Positions 21,801-30,145 of a DNA stretch of 64,000 bases are shown one piece after another. Under the pieces are notes generated by a model, which saw only the letters and a program-made list of their open reading frames with translations, was not told where the DNA came from and ran no database searches. Source of the stretch: Lachnoclostridium sp. UBA7097 (GTDB lineage Bacteria; Bacillota; Clostridia; Lachnospirales; Lachnospiraceae); the NCBI GenBank assembly GCA_002499945.1, contig DKYP01000100.1, forward strand, positions 5,384-69,383, given 5' to 3'. Both the position numbers and the translations under genes were made by a program. The first letter of the stretch is position 1; the number at the start of each line of letters is the position of its first letter.

Positions 21801-22912
21801 TAAACCTTGATGCAGATATAGATACAGATAAAGAAGCAGGCAAAGTTTATAAAATGTATGCAGGGCAGGATAAATTACAGACAGATTTATTGCTTGAAGC
21901 TTTACAGACTGTTTTCCATGAGAAAACCGGGCTTTTAGCTGAGTACCATCTTAAACTTTATAATCTTTCCAGTGAGTATCTGGAAAATATTAGTGACAGG
22001 ACTGGCATTGATGAGTATGGAATACATGGATACCGTGCGGATATTAAAACAAAATATAAAGGGATTTCCCTTTCGTTTAAAGAATTAACAAAGAAACTTT
22101 CTGAGGATTTAGAAGCCCTTGGTAAAATATTAAGCGAAAAAGACAGGGAACTTTTTGAGGATATACTTTCTAATACAATAAGTAAAAAAATACGTGCTAA
22201 AATTTATGAAAGCAAACGCTGGGTTGATAAAATGAACGGGCTTATGGAATCTATGCAAACATCAAGCGGGCTGAAATTAAGCCTTAAATGGATTAGCAGG
22301 AAAACGGAAAAAGAAGGGCAGCTTGATACAAAAGAACTTGTAAATCTTTTGCAAAGCGACAAGGAAATTCTTAATAAAGAAGATATCGATAAAATGGCAT
22401 TACATTTCCGTTCTAAAATTACGGAAGCAAGGAAAATGGCAGAAGATACAAATACTGTCCTTTCGTTCCATATGATTATGAAAGATATCCTTGATTACCG
22501 TAAATGGTTTGAATTCCAGCTTTATTCACAAAAAACTGGTGAAAAGAAAAGGGAACTTACAGACAGGATTTTCTTTACATTCAGTGGAGGGGAAAAAGCA
22601 ATGTCTATGTATGTGCCGCTCTTTTCGGCAGTTGTTGCAAAATATGCAGGTGCAAATAAAGATGCACCACTTCTGGTTTCACTTGATGAAGCATTTGCAG
22701 GTGTTGATGAAATGAATATTAAAGATATGTTCAGGCTTATGGTTAGTTTAAACCTTAATTTTATGATTAATTCGCAGGTGTTATGGGGAGATTATGAAAC
22801 AGTCCCGGCACTTGCAATATACCAGCTGGTGCGTCCTGAAAATGCTAAATTTGTTTCTGTTATACCTTATGTATGGAATGGAAAAGTGAGGTCTTTGGCA
22901 GATAATGCTTGA
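18797..22912 (+). CDS. jetC: Wadjet JetC (SMC/MksB-like ABC ATPase; TIGR02680-like)
   Basis: 1371 aa. Walker A GSNGSGKS (18899-18922), about 900 aa of E/K/L-rich coiled coil, signature SGGEK (22583-22597) and Walker B LLVSLDE (D 22685-22687, E 22688-22690). Confidence 0.85.
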   Translation: MNNSSWIINKAGLTDFWYYDQQEFKFLEGRMLLRGSNGSGKSVTMQSFIPLLLDGNMRPERLDPFGSRARKMENYLLEEDDGRDERTGYLYMEFKRQESETYITIGIGLRARKNKKLETWYFCITDGRRVGKDFLLYKDVQNKIAYSKTELRNRIGNGGRVMDTQGEYAACVNSLIFGFETMEEYKEMLDLLIQLRTPKLSKDFKPSVINDILSKSLQTLSEDDLRPMSEAIENMDTMKTNLDNLSESIKAAKQIEKVYDQYNRAVLFEKASIYLSKAGEFKKQQDELQSLEERISLNTDLLEKENINYDSLKQEYEVLETERNSLSDNDATRLKAEESKLEKQLAESEEEIKIYEKRSDKKREECIDKENRIKSQDNDNNTTLHELENTLVQMEEAIEDVPFDEAIFFIEEIKPGQDGRCDFASHTKMLDRYMQSVENGTEILRLEEEEKRRCDEALKELDLKREEREKAEREWRQYDRQLVEQKSEITEAVYKWEHGNTQFHMEPEALQELAGFIDNYQYGMDYSRINEILYGQKNKLKDKLYEEEREILKEKEPVTASLNEARKELKNWEESREAEPERSKETINNRQKLDEMGISYIPFYKAVDFEDKLSQTEADRLEAALLHMGILDALIVDADDREKVLSMEGDICDKYLFGDIEHIKPDIMEALQVYNAENDILLYQKISNVLAGIGINGSTGKEQATWAGINGNYHIGVLEGATGTLYKAKYIGTAARERYRLDKINELKSLINNLEIQEKQFEERIVQKKEQQGKLQEEMESFPDEEDLKIAAKDFWDSGVRLENAKELAEKYRERLLNEQGKLKETRLKVQEICASAHMANRPDVFENALKSLKEYRNLLNMAGIAYNKYWAGMDMARTLKDALDGLMEDRDGLLYTLNHYNQQKRRILDELESVKKQLGLTNYNEIKERLDACVKRLGEIPGERDRLASHIGFLKNSIENDKEKLEEKRGHLNKTERLKNIHRQIFQMEYKLGYVIPYENINLDADIDTDKEAGKVYKMYAGQDKLQTDLLLEALQTVFHEKTGLLAEYHLKLYNLSSEYLENISDRTGIDEYGIHGYRADIKTKYKGISLSFKELTKKLSEDLEALGKILSEKDRELFEDILSNTISKKIRAKIYESKRWVDKMNGLMESMQTSSGLKLSLKWISRKTEKEGQLDTKELVNLLQSDKEILNKEDIDKMALHFRSKITEARKMAEDTNTVLSFHMIMKDILDYRKWFEFQLYSQKTGEKKRELTDRIFFTFSGGEKAMSMYVPLFSAVVAKYAGANKDAPLLVSLDEAFAGVDEMNIKDMFRLMVSLNLNFMINSQVLWGDYETVPALAIYQLVRPENAKFVSVIPYVWNGKVRSLADNA

Positions 22913-24197
22913 TGAGTGTGTAAATTATTTTAAGGAAAGAAATGTTTATAAAAAGCTTTTTACTGCTTTAAGAAAAAAATATGCAAGCCTTGGGCATATG
23001 GGCGGGATTATAACATTAAAAAATATTACAGAAGATGAAAAAACGGCACTGGAAGGCTTTTTCAGAAAGGATTTCCATAAAGAAAAAGATGTAAAAATAT
23101 CTTATGCACTTATGGAAAAATCATTAAAACAAAGCAGGTTTGCATCTTTATCATGGGAAGAAATTCTAACAGCATATTTTAAAGAACCGCTTGTTATAAA
23201 AAAACAGGAGAAAGAAAAAGAACTGGAAGAAAGAAATTCTTTTTTTGAAGAATGTGCTGCCATGTGTAATAATAAAATGGTTTCAGAGTGGTTCCTTTAT
23301 ATTTGTAAAGAAAAAGGAAAAGGAAGCCAGGTTATTTTAAAAATGTATAATGAAAATAAGGAAAATAAAAGTGGATTAAAGGCATTTTTAAATAAAATTT
23401 TTAATGCGTTGGAAAGACTTCCAGTTATAGAAAACCAGATGCTTCTGCTTCCTGTATTTGCTGCAAAAACAACAGGCAATCCCCATTTTTTTGATTTAAA
23501 AACCAAAGCCTGCAAACTTTTACTTGGATATATAGAATATGCTTTTGCAAATATAAAACAAGAGCAGGACTTATCTGGAACTGAGCATATTGAAAGCCTT
23601 TTATATAGTGCAGGGATTTTAAAGGATAATGTATCTAATATGTGCCTTGTATATGGCTTGCGTGGAATTAAAAAAGATGGCAGCATACATAAGGGGATAG
23701 AAGGGTATTTTGCAGAGAAAGAACCAGTGCAGCTTACATTAAAAACTTTAAGCCTGCTGGAAAGTTTACAGGCTGGCAGCAGTATTAATGGTAATGGGAA
23801 AATATATATTGTAGAAAACCCGGCAGTATTTTCTTATCTGGCAGATACTTATCCTGATGGAACATTTATTTGTGGCAACGGACAGTTTAAACTTGCCTTT
23901 TATATTACACTGGAATTATTAAAGGGTAAATATAAAATTTATTATGCAGGGGATTTTGATGCTGACGGGCTTTTAATTGCACAGAAACTTAAGAAAAGAT
24001 ATCCGGCGCTGGTTGAATTATGGGGGTATAAGGGGGAGTATTATAAAAAATATTTATCTGATGTAAAGCTTGATAATGTTTCGCTTGCAAAACTTGATAA
24101 AGTGGATATTGCGGAATTGCAAGAGGTGAAACAATGTCTGTTGGAATATAAGAGGGCGGCTTACCAGGAAACAATGCTTGGGGTTTTTACATTGTGA
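22905..24197 (+). CDS. jetD: Wadjet JetD (Toprim nuclease subunit; DUF3323+DUF2399/TIGR02679-like)
   Basis: 430 aa. C-terminal Toprim-like IYIVENPAVF (E codon 23814-23816) and YYAGDFDADG (DFDAD 23952-23966). It overlaps jetC by 8 nt. Confidence 0.8.
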   Translation: MLDECVNYFKERNVYKKLFTALRKKYASLGHMGGIITLKNITEDEKTALEGFFRKDFHKEKDVKISYALMEKSLKQSRFASLSWEEILTAYFKEPLVIKKQEKEKELEERNSFFEECAAMCNNKMVSEWFLYICKEKGKGSQVILKMYNENKENKSGLKAFLNKIFNALERLPVIENQMLLLPVFAAKTTGNPHFFDLKTKACKLLLGYIEYAFANIKQEQDLSGTEHIESLLYSAGILKDNVSNMCLVYGLRGIKKDGSIHKGIEGYFAEKEPVQLTLKTLSLLESLQAGSSINGNGKIYIVENPAVFSYLADTYPDGTFICGNGQFKLAFYITLELLKGKYKIYYAGDFDADGLLIAQKLKKRYPALVELWGYKGEYYKKYLSDVKLDNVSLAKLDKVDIAELQEVKQCLLEYKRAAYQETMLGVFTL

Positions 24198-24210
24198 TAT
24201 TGTGACGTGC

Positions 24211-24242
24211 TCCCACCACTTAAGAAGTGGGGGCTTCTCGCT
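24211..24242 (+). repeat. hairpin motif copy 1: TCCCACCACTTAAGAAGTGGGGGCTTCTCGCT
   Basis: The CCACTT/AAGTGG stem is flanked by CCC/GGG. It begins 14 nt after the jetD stop. Confidence 0.7.
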
Positions 24243-24461
24243 CAAGAATACCAACGTATTCAGTATCAACGAGCTAACCCCGTCCGCCCGACGGTTTTCA
24301 CGAATGATGTTCCATTTGTACCTTGGATATTTTACGCACAGAAGGAAGCTTGGTTTTCGCATATTCGGTTTCTCTGTGCAACCCAGTATATCCAGTTGTC
24401 AATGTACTAATCATTATACTTAGTGTAACAGGGATTTAGGAAAATTGCAAGACACAATTCA

Positions 24462-24494
24462 TCCCACCGCTTTAGAAGCGGGGGACTTCTTGCT
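24462..24494 (+). repeat. hairpin motif copy 2: TCCCACCGCTTTAGAAGCGGGGGACTTCTTGCT
   Basis: Same orientation as copy 1, 251 nt downstream. The A-to-G change in the left arm is matched by a T-to-C change in the right arm (compensatory). Confidence 0.7.
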
Positions 24495-24525
24495 GATAAA
24501 GGTTAAATAAAGGAGTTGCAGGTAT

Positions 24526-24774
24526 ATGTTATTTGGGAAGAAGAAAAAAGCAAGGCAGGAACTGGATGATTTGTGGCGTTCTATGGAGATGGCATGTGAG
24601 AATAATTATAAAGATATTGCGCATGAATCTTTAAAGGATTTTGAGGAGTGCCTTGAAAGATATTATACGGACGGGGTTATACCACAGGAGGAATACCGCA
24701 GCAGAAGCCGTAAACTTGAGGAGAAGAAAACGGAGCTTAAAGGTTATGGCCATAACCAGCATATCGGCTGGTGA
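24526..24774 (+). CDS. hypothetical small charged protein (82 aa)
   Basis: RBS AAAGGAG upstream and its own terminator downstream. No recognisable domain. Confidence 0.55.
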   Translation: MLFGKKKKARQELDDLWRSMEMACENNYKDIAHESLKDFEECLERYYTDGVIPQEEYRSRSRKLEEKKTELKGYGHNQHIGW

Positions 24775-24787
24775 ATAATTTTAATTT

Positions 24788-24813
24788 AAAAGCTGCCCAG
24801 GCAGCTTTTTTTG
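24788..24813 (+). terminator. rho-independent terminator
   Basis: AAAGCTGCC..GGCAGCTTTTTTT. The stem is AGCTGC/GCAGCT, followed by a T-run. Confidence 0.7.
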
Positions 24814-24891
24814 ATGCACGGAATGCAACCATTGCTGGAAAAAGTGTACATAATATATAGAAACTTTTTAAAGGAGGGAGGTTAATTATTA

Positions 24892-25443
24892 ATGGAGGAT
24901 TATGAAATTGTAAATCTGTACTGGGAACGTAGCGAAACTGCTATCAGTGAAACTAAGAAAAAATATGGACACAGGATTGTTTATGTGATTGGAAATATAT
25001 TGTCACTGGAACAGGATGTGGAGGAGTGTGTGAATGATACTTATTTTGGCGCATGGAATGCAATGCCTGATGCAAGACCTGGATATTTGTCAGCTTTTCT
25101 TTGCCGGATTGCTAAGAATCTTGCACTTAAAAGATACAAATATCTTGTGGCAGATAAGAGAAACAAGAGCCTGGAAACTGCTTTTGAGGAGCTTGACGGG
25201 GTTATTGGGACACTGGATATAGAACAGGAGATAATCGCAAAGCAGGTGGCAGAAGCGGTTAATGCATTTTTAAAAATGAAAAAACCGCTTCACCGCAAAA
25301 TTTTTGTAAGAAGATATTATTTTTGTGATTCTATTGATGGGATTGCAGCACATTTAAATCTTAGTAAAAGTGCAGTAAAATCAATTTTATTCCGTATAAG
25401 GAAAGAATTAAAAAAATATCTGGAAAGTGAGGGGTTAATGTGA
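24892..25443 (+). CDS. ECF-type RNA polymerase sigma factor
   Basis: 183 aa with a sigma-70 region 2-like segment (DVEECVNDTYFGAWN...RIAKNLALKRY) and a region 4 HTH (IAAHLNLSKSAVKSILFRIRKELK). Confidence 0.85.
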   Translation: MEDYEIVNLYWERSETAISETKKKYGHRIVYVIGNILSLEQDVEECVNDTYFGAWNAMPDARPGYLSAFLCRIAKNLALKRYKYLVADKRNKSLETAFEELDGVIGTLDIEQEIIAKQVAEAVNAFLKMKKPLHRKIFVRRYYFCDSIDGIAAHLNLSKSAVKSILFRIRKELKKYLESEGLM

Positions 25444-26471
25444 AAAACAGATATAAAAAGTTATATGATATTATGGAACTTCTGGAGGATGGTTTTATTG
25501 AAGAAGCGCTGGAGGAGGAGAGTAAGATATGCAGGTTTCCTTTGTGGAAATGTATTGTGGCAGCTGCGTGTGCCTGTGTTTTAGTAATGGGTTCTGGTTT
25601 GTTTTTATCTAAATATAAGGATAGTAAAAGCCAGAATATTGGTAATGGGGAAGTTAATAAAAAGCAGGATGAAGTGCTTCCTGGAATTAAATATGAAAAA
25701 AATGTTGCAGATAAAAACAGCCTTGAAAAGATTGTTTGTAATTTTATGTCAGAAGGTGCTGGTGGAGGAGGACATGGCTGGCTTATTGTAAAATCATTTG
25801 AAGATGCAGCATCTAAAAATCCTACCAGAAATAATACAGGCGGGATTACACAGCTTCCAGTATTTAAAAATGAGGACGGGCTTTGGAGTGATGGAAGGGA
25901 TGGGCAGGATTTTAAAGAAAGTGAAATATATTTTGGAAACAGGTTATATGAGGAAAAAAGGGATTATTCTTATGATGGGGCTTCTGGGAACAGATGGGGT
26001 GTCTGTTTCAGGTCAGATAAACAGGAAAGTTTAACAGACCAGCTTCTTGAATATACGTTTTACCGCTTAAATTTCAGGTTTTATGGAGAAGAAGGATGGG
26101 GATATGATATAATGAAGCCACCGTCTGGTACTGGAAAAATGTATCCTGTAATTTCTTTGGAGGAAGCAGAAAAAAAGCTGCGCAACGGGGAATTTTTTTC
26201 GCATGATGCCTATGCTGTGGATGTGGCAGGGACGGCACAGGTTTTATCTGTTGAACTGGAATATATGACAGAGGAATACCAGTCTTATTTACAACCTTTT
26301 TATAAATTTACAATTACAGATAAAAGCTGGTATAAGGAATTATATAAAATTATGGAGTCACAGGGCTGCAAAACCCCGGAGGAGTATAAATCAGTTAGTG
26401 AAGTCTATGTTCCTGCTGTACGGGATGAATATATTGATATAAAGGATAGTGCAGTTCTTAGGACGAATTAA
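25440..26471 (+). CDS. putative anti-sigma factor / single-pass membrane protein
   Basis: 4-nt overlap with the sigma gene. Short cytoplasmic N-terminus, TM helix WKCIVAAACACVLVMGSGLFL, and an extracellular domain of unknown fold. Confidence 0.55.
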   Translation: MKNRYKKLYDIMELLEDGFIEEALEEESKICRFPLWKCIVAAACACVLVMGSGLFLSKYKDSKSQNIGNGEVNKKQDEVLPGIKYEKNVADKNSLEKIVCNFMSEGAGGGGHGWLIVKSFEDAASKNPTRNNTGGITQLPVFKNEDGLWSDGRDGQDFKESEIYFGNRLYEEKRDYSYDGASGNRWGVCFRSDKQESLTDQLLEYTFYRLNFRFYGEEGWGYDIMKPPSGTGKMYPVISLEEAEKKLRNGEFFSHDAYAVDVAGTAQVLSVELEYMTEEYQSYLQPFYKFTITDKSWYKELYKIMESQGCKTPEEYKSVSEVYVPAVRDEYIDIKDSAVLRTN

Positions 26472-26600
26472 AGATTGTGTTTTTATTAAAGGTAGCGTAT
26501 AATAGGGAAAAATGGCTTCATGGATGGTTTGTTAAGGAAACGGCTGGTTTGCTGGCAGGCTGGATAAAAGAGAATGTAAAGGCAGGGGGCAGGCGGATGT

Positions 26601-28334
26601 ATGGGTAAGGCAGTAAGAATAACAGGTAAAACAGTTGGTATCGGACACCAGGATTTTGAACAAATTATAAAAAATGATATTTTCTATATTGATAAAACGG
26701 ATTTTATCAGGGAATGGTGGGAGAATAAAGATGCTGTAACGCTTATTACACGTCCGCGCCGTTTTGGAAAGACATTGAACCTTAGTATGCTTGAATGTTT
26801 TTTTTCAACTAAATATGCAGGGAGAAAAGACCTTTTTGAAGGTTTGTCAATATGGGATAATGAAGAATACAGGGTATTACAAGGGACATATCCAGTAATA
26901 TTTATAAGTTTTGCAGGAGTAAAAGCAGATAATATTAAAGATGCTAAAAATGGAATTATAAATGCAATAGCCAGTGCTTATGAAGCGCATAAATATTTAA
27001 AAGAAAGTGATGTGCTAAATAAAGAGGAAAAAAGAAATTTTGAGGTTTTGCAGAATTATTCTATAAATTTATTTGCTAGTAAGAAAATCGCAGAAACTAC
27101 AATAACTGCCTCGGTCAGGACACTTTCCATGTACCTTGAGCGTTATTATGGGAAAAAAGTCCTTATTCTGCTTGATGAATATGATACACCTTTGCAGGAA
27201 GCATATGTATATGGTTACTGGGACGGGCTGGTAACATATATAAGGGGGCTTTTTAATCTTGCATTTAAGACAAATCCATATCTTAACCGTGCAATAATGA
27301 CAGGTATAACAAGGGTCAGCAAGGAATCTATATTTTCAGATTTAAATAACCTTGAAGTGGTTACAACAACTTCAAGTATGTATGGTAAAGCGTTTGGGTT
27401 TACAGAAAGTGAAGTTTTTGCTGCACTGGACAGGGAAGGGGCAGGGCAGAGGGAAGAAGTAAAACAATGGTATGATGGTTTTACATTTGGACAGTACAAA
27501 GATATTTATAATCCATGGTCAATTATAAATTTCTTAAAGGAGAGAATAGTTGCCACTTACTGGGCAGATACAAGCTCAAATAAACTGGTATCTGTGCTTG
27601 TAAGGGAGGGTACGCCGGATTTAAAGATGCAGATGGAGGATTTGCTTGCTGGTAACTGTCTGGAGGAAGTTTTGGATGAGCAGGTAGTTTTTGACCAGTT
27701 AAGGAGTACAAGAGGGGCTGTCTGGAGCCTTCTTATGGCAAGTGGTTATTTAAAACCTGTAGACAGGCATTTTAACTATGATACAGGAAAATATTTATAT
27801 AAATTAAAAATTACTAATTATGAAACAAAGATTATGTTTAAAAATATGATTTCAGGCTGGTTTCCAGAAAGCCTTATTTCTTATTCTTATTTCCGGGAAG
27901 CACTTATTGCTGGTGATATTGGTTATATGAACCAGTTTATGAATGAAATATCAGAAGAAATATTTAGCACTTTTGATACTGGGAGAAAACCATCAGAGAG
28001 AACACATCCGGAAAGGTTTTACCACGGATTTGTGCTTGGGCTTGTAGTAGATTTGGCAGGCAGATACCATATACGTTCTAACAGGGAGAGTGGTCTTGGC
28101 AGGTATGATGTAATGATGGAGCCGGTAAATCTGGAAGATAATGCAATAATTATAGAATTTAAGGTATTTTCACCATATAAGGATGGTACACTAAAGAAAG
28201 CAGTGGAAGATGCTCTTAGACAGATTGAAGATAAAAAATATGATACAGAATTAATTTCAAGGGGGATTCCAAAGGAGAAGATAAAGCATTATGGTTTTGC
28301 ATTTGATGGAAAAAGGGTTTTAATTGGGGAATAA
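26601..28334 (+). CDS. AAA-ATPase-like (pfam09820-type) N-domain fused to a PD-(D/E)xK nuclease-family (PDDEXK_9-type) C-domain
   Basis: The N-terminus IGHQDFEQIIKNDIFYIDKTDFIREWW...RPRRFGKT is characteristic of the family. The C-terminal GRYDVMMEP-x9-IIIEFKV fits D..ExK. Confidence 0.75.
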   Translation: MGKAVRITGKTVGIGHQDFEQIIKNDIFYIDKTDFIREWWENKDAVTLITRPRRFGKTLNLSMLECFFSTKYAGRKDLFEGLSIWDNEEYRVLQGTYPVIFISFAGVKADNIKDAKNGIINAIASAYEAHKYLKESDVLNKEEKRNFEVLQNYSINLFASKKIAETTITASVRTLSMYLERYYGKKVLILLDEYDTPLQEAYVYGYWDGLVTYIRGLFNLAFKTNPYLNRAIMTGITRVSKESIFSDLNNLEVVTTTSSMYGKAFGFTESEVFAALDREGAGQREEVKQWYDGFTFGQYKDIYNPWSIINFLKERIVATYWADTSSNKLVSVLVREGTPDLKMQMEDLLAGNCLEEVLDEQVVFDQLRSTRGAVWSLLMASGYLKPVDRHFNYDTGKYLYKLKITNYETKIMFKNMISGWFPESLISYSYFREALIAGDIGYMNQFMNEISEEIFSTFDTGRKPSERTHPERFYHGFVLGLVVDLAGRYHIRSNRESGLGRYDVMMEPVNLEDNAIIIEFKVFSPYKDGTLKKAVEDALRQIEDKKYDTELISRGIPKEKIKHYGFAFDGKRVLIGE

Positions 28335-28355
28335 AAGGCGGGAAGTAATCCCGCC
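28330..28355 (-). terminator. terminator of the minus-strand membrane/spermidine-synthase-like gene
   Basis: Stem GGCGGGA (28337-28343) / TCCCGCC (28349-28355). On the minus strand it is followed by TTTTATT. It overlaps the stop of the convergent gene. Confidence 0.6.
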
Positions 28356-28359
28356 TGGT

Positions 28360-29970
28360 TTAATAAAATGAATTTAACAGCCCCTTTATCCCGTCTTTTT
28401 TAAGTATTTCTTTATAGTAGGCGGCTTCTTCTTTTATAATCCCGTCTATAACCTGTATGCCAAGAAGCTCTACAGGTGCTTTGTCATCTGTTAGTATATA
28501 ATTCCCTGGGTTATATTTTATAAGGTTATTTGCTGTTTGTTCCATAAGGTTATATAATTCATTGTTTTTTATTGTTTTAGTATTGTTTTGGAATATGGTG
28601 TACATATCTTTGTTGTTAGATGCAAATAGTTCCCTGTTTGTGGAATTTGGGACATTAATTGTGTAAACTTCACTGAATACTGAGGAAATTGTATCAGAAA
28701 GATACTGGTTAATATTGCCCTCGTTATTGTTATGCATATTCATGTTTACTACCATTATGCCATTATCTTTAAGGTGCTTTTGTACAAGTGTAAAGAACTC
28801 ATAAGAGGACATCTGGAACGGTATGGTAATATCCTGGTAGGCATCTACCATGATAACGTCGTATTTTTTGTCTATAGCGTTTAAAAATGCCCTGCCATCA
28901 TATGTTGTTACGTTTATATCATCTGGAAGATGGAAGTATTCCCTTGAAAGTTTTGTTATCTTTTCATCAATCTCAACCCCGCTTGTTTCTATATTGCCAA
29001 AATATTTCTTGCACTGCATGGCATATGTGCCTGTTCCCATGCCAAGTATAAGGACTTCCATATCTTCTGGCTCTTTATCTGCATCTGCTGCCATAAGAGG
29101 TGCGGCAAGTGCATAGTCATAGTACATGCCAGTAAGCCCTTCATCTTTCATATAGACAGACTGGACACCAAATAGTACATTGGTAGAAAGTATTACATTT
29201 CTGCCTGATTCTTTAACTTGCAGGTAGTTATATACAGATTCGCCTTCATATGCCAGCCCGCTTTCCCAGAATGCAAAAGAGTTCCCGGAACCAGCTGCAC
29301 AGCATATGGCAAATATAATTATGGAAATTATGGCTTTCTTTTTGGATGTATTGCTGCTTATAAAATAAACAAGGCAGAGTACAATTAAAATTCCTGCAAA
29401 TATAAGCAGTGTAATGCTTGTCCCTACAGCTGGTATTGATATAAATGTAGGTACAAAAGTGCCTATAATGCTTCCAATTGTGTTAAATGCGCCTAATGTC
29501 CCTACGGTCTTTCCGCTGTCAGAAAGGCTTTCTACAGAATATTTTGCAAGGGAGGGTGTAACTGTGCCCAGCAAAAAAAGAGGGAATACAAAGACCAGCA
29601 TACAGGCGGCAAATGCAGCAATTATAAGAAAATTGCTGTCTACTGTAAATATAAGAAGTGCTGATACACCTAAAATAATATATTTGCCAAGTACAGGTAT
29701 TACTGCAATCCATATGGCAGCAATTAATATTCTTGTATAAAGCTTTCCGGGGTCAGGGTTTTTATCCGCACTTTTTCCACCGTATATATTGCCAAGTGCC
29801 ATTGCAATCATTATAGTACCTATAATAATAGTCCATACAATTTGCGAAGAACTGAAATAAGGTGCCAGAAGCCTGCTTGCACCAAGCTCTACAGCCATAA
29901 CAGACATCCCGGCAAAAAATTCAGTAAGATATAAAAAAATTTTGTTGTCAAGTATTTTTTCTTTATTCAT
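28360..29970 (-). CDS. fused polytopic membrane domain / spermidine synthase-like SAM-dependent aminopropyltransferase
   Basis: About 220 aa of TM helices, then a spermidine-synthase-like fold (VLILGMGTGT, VIMVDAY). Confidence 0.8.
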   Translation of the reverse strand: MNKEKILDNKIFLYLTEFFAGMSVMAVELGASRLLAPYFSSSQIVWTIIIGTIMIAMALGNIYGGKSADKNPDPGKLYTRILIAAIWIAVIPVLGKYIILGVSALLIFTVDSNFLIIAAFAACMLVFVFPLFLLGTVTPSLAKYSVESLSDSGKTVGTLGAFNTIGSIIGTFVPTFISIPAVGTSITLLIFAGILIVLCLVYFISSNTSKKKAIISIIIFAICCAAGSGNSFAFWESGLAYEGESVYNYLQVKESGRNVILSTNVLFGVQSVYMKDEGLTGMYYDYALAAPLMAADADKEPEDMEVLILGMGTGTYAMQCKKYFGNIETSGVEIDEKITKLSREYFHLPDDINVTTYDGRAFLNAIDKKYDVIMVDAYQDITIPFQMSSYEFFTLVQKHLKDNGIMVVNMNMHNNNEGNINQYLSDTISSVFSEVYTINVPNSTNRELFASNNKDMYTIFQNNTKTIKNNELYNLMEQTANNLIKYNPGNYILTDDKAPVELLGIQVIDGIIKEEAAYYKEILKKDGIKGLLNSFY

Positions 29971-30145
29971 TGCATATTACCCCGTATGATATAAATTTGT
30001 AATAATTATACCACTTTTTTCAACAATAAAACAGGGCGGGTTAACAAAAATTTAAAAATATGGCAATAAAATAATATTGATATCCGGACGCTAAAGTAAT
30101 ATACTGTTGTATAAGAAAAATTATAATTTATATTAGCTGTAATCA

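Noticed and set aside
24054-24423. Track ORFs across the jetD 3' end and hairpin region: 102 aa on the minus strand, 81 aa and 67 aa on the plus strand.
   Set aside because: They have no RBS, they overlap each other and jetD, and their sequences are dominated by the hairpin repeat. They are better explained as non-coding or decayed element sequence.
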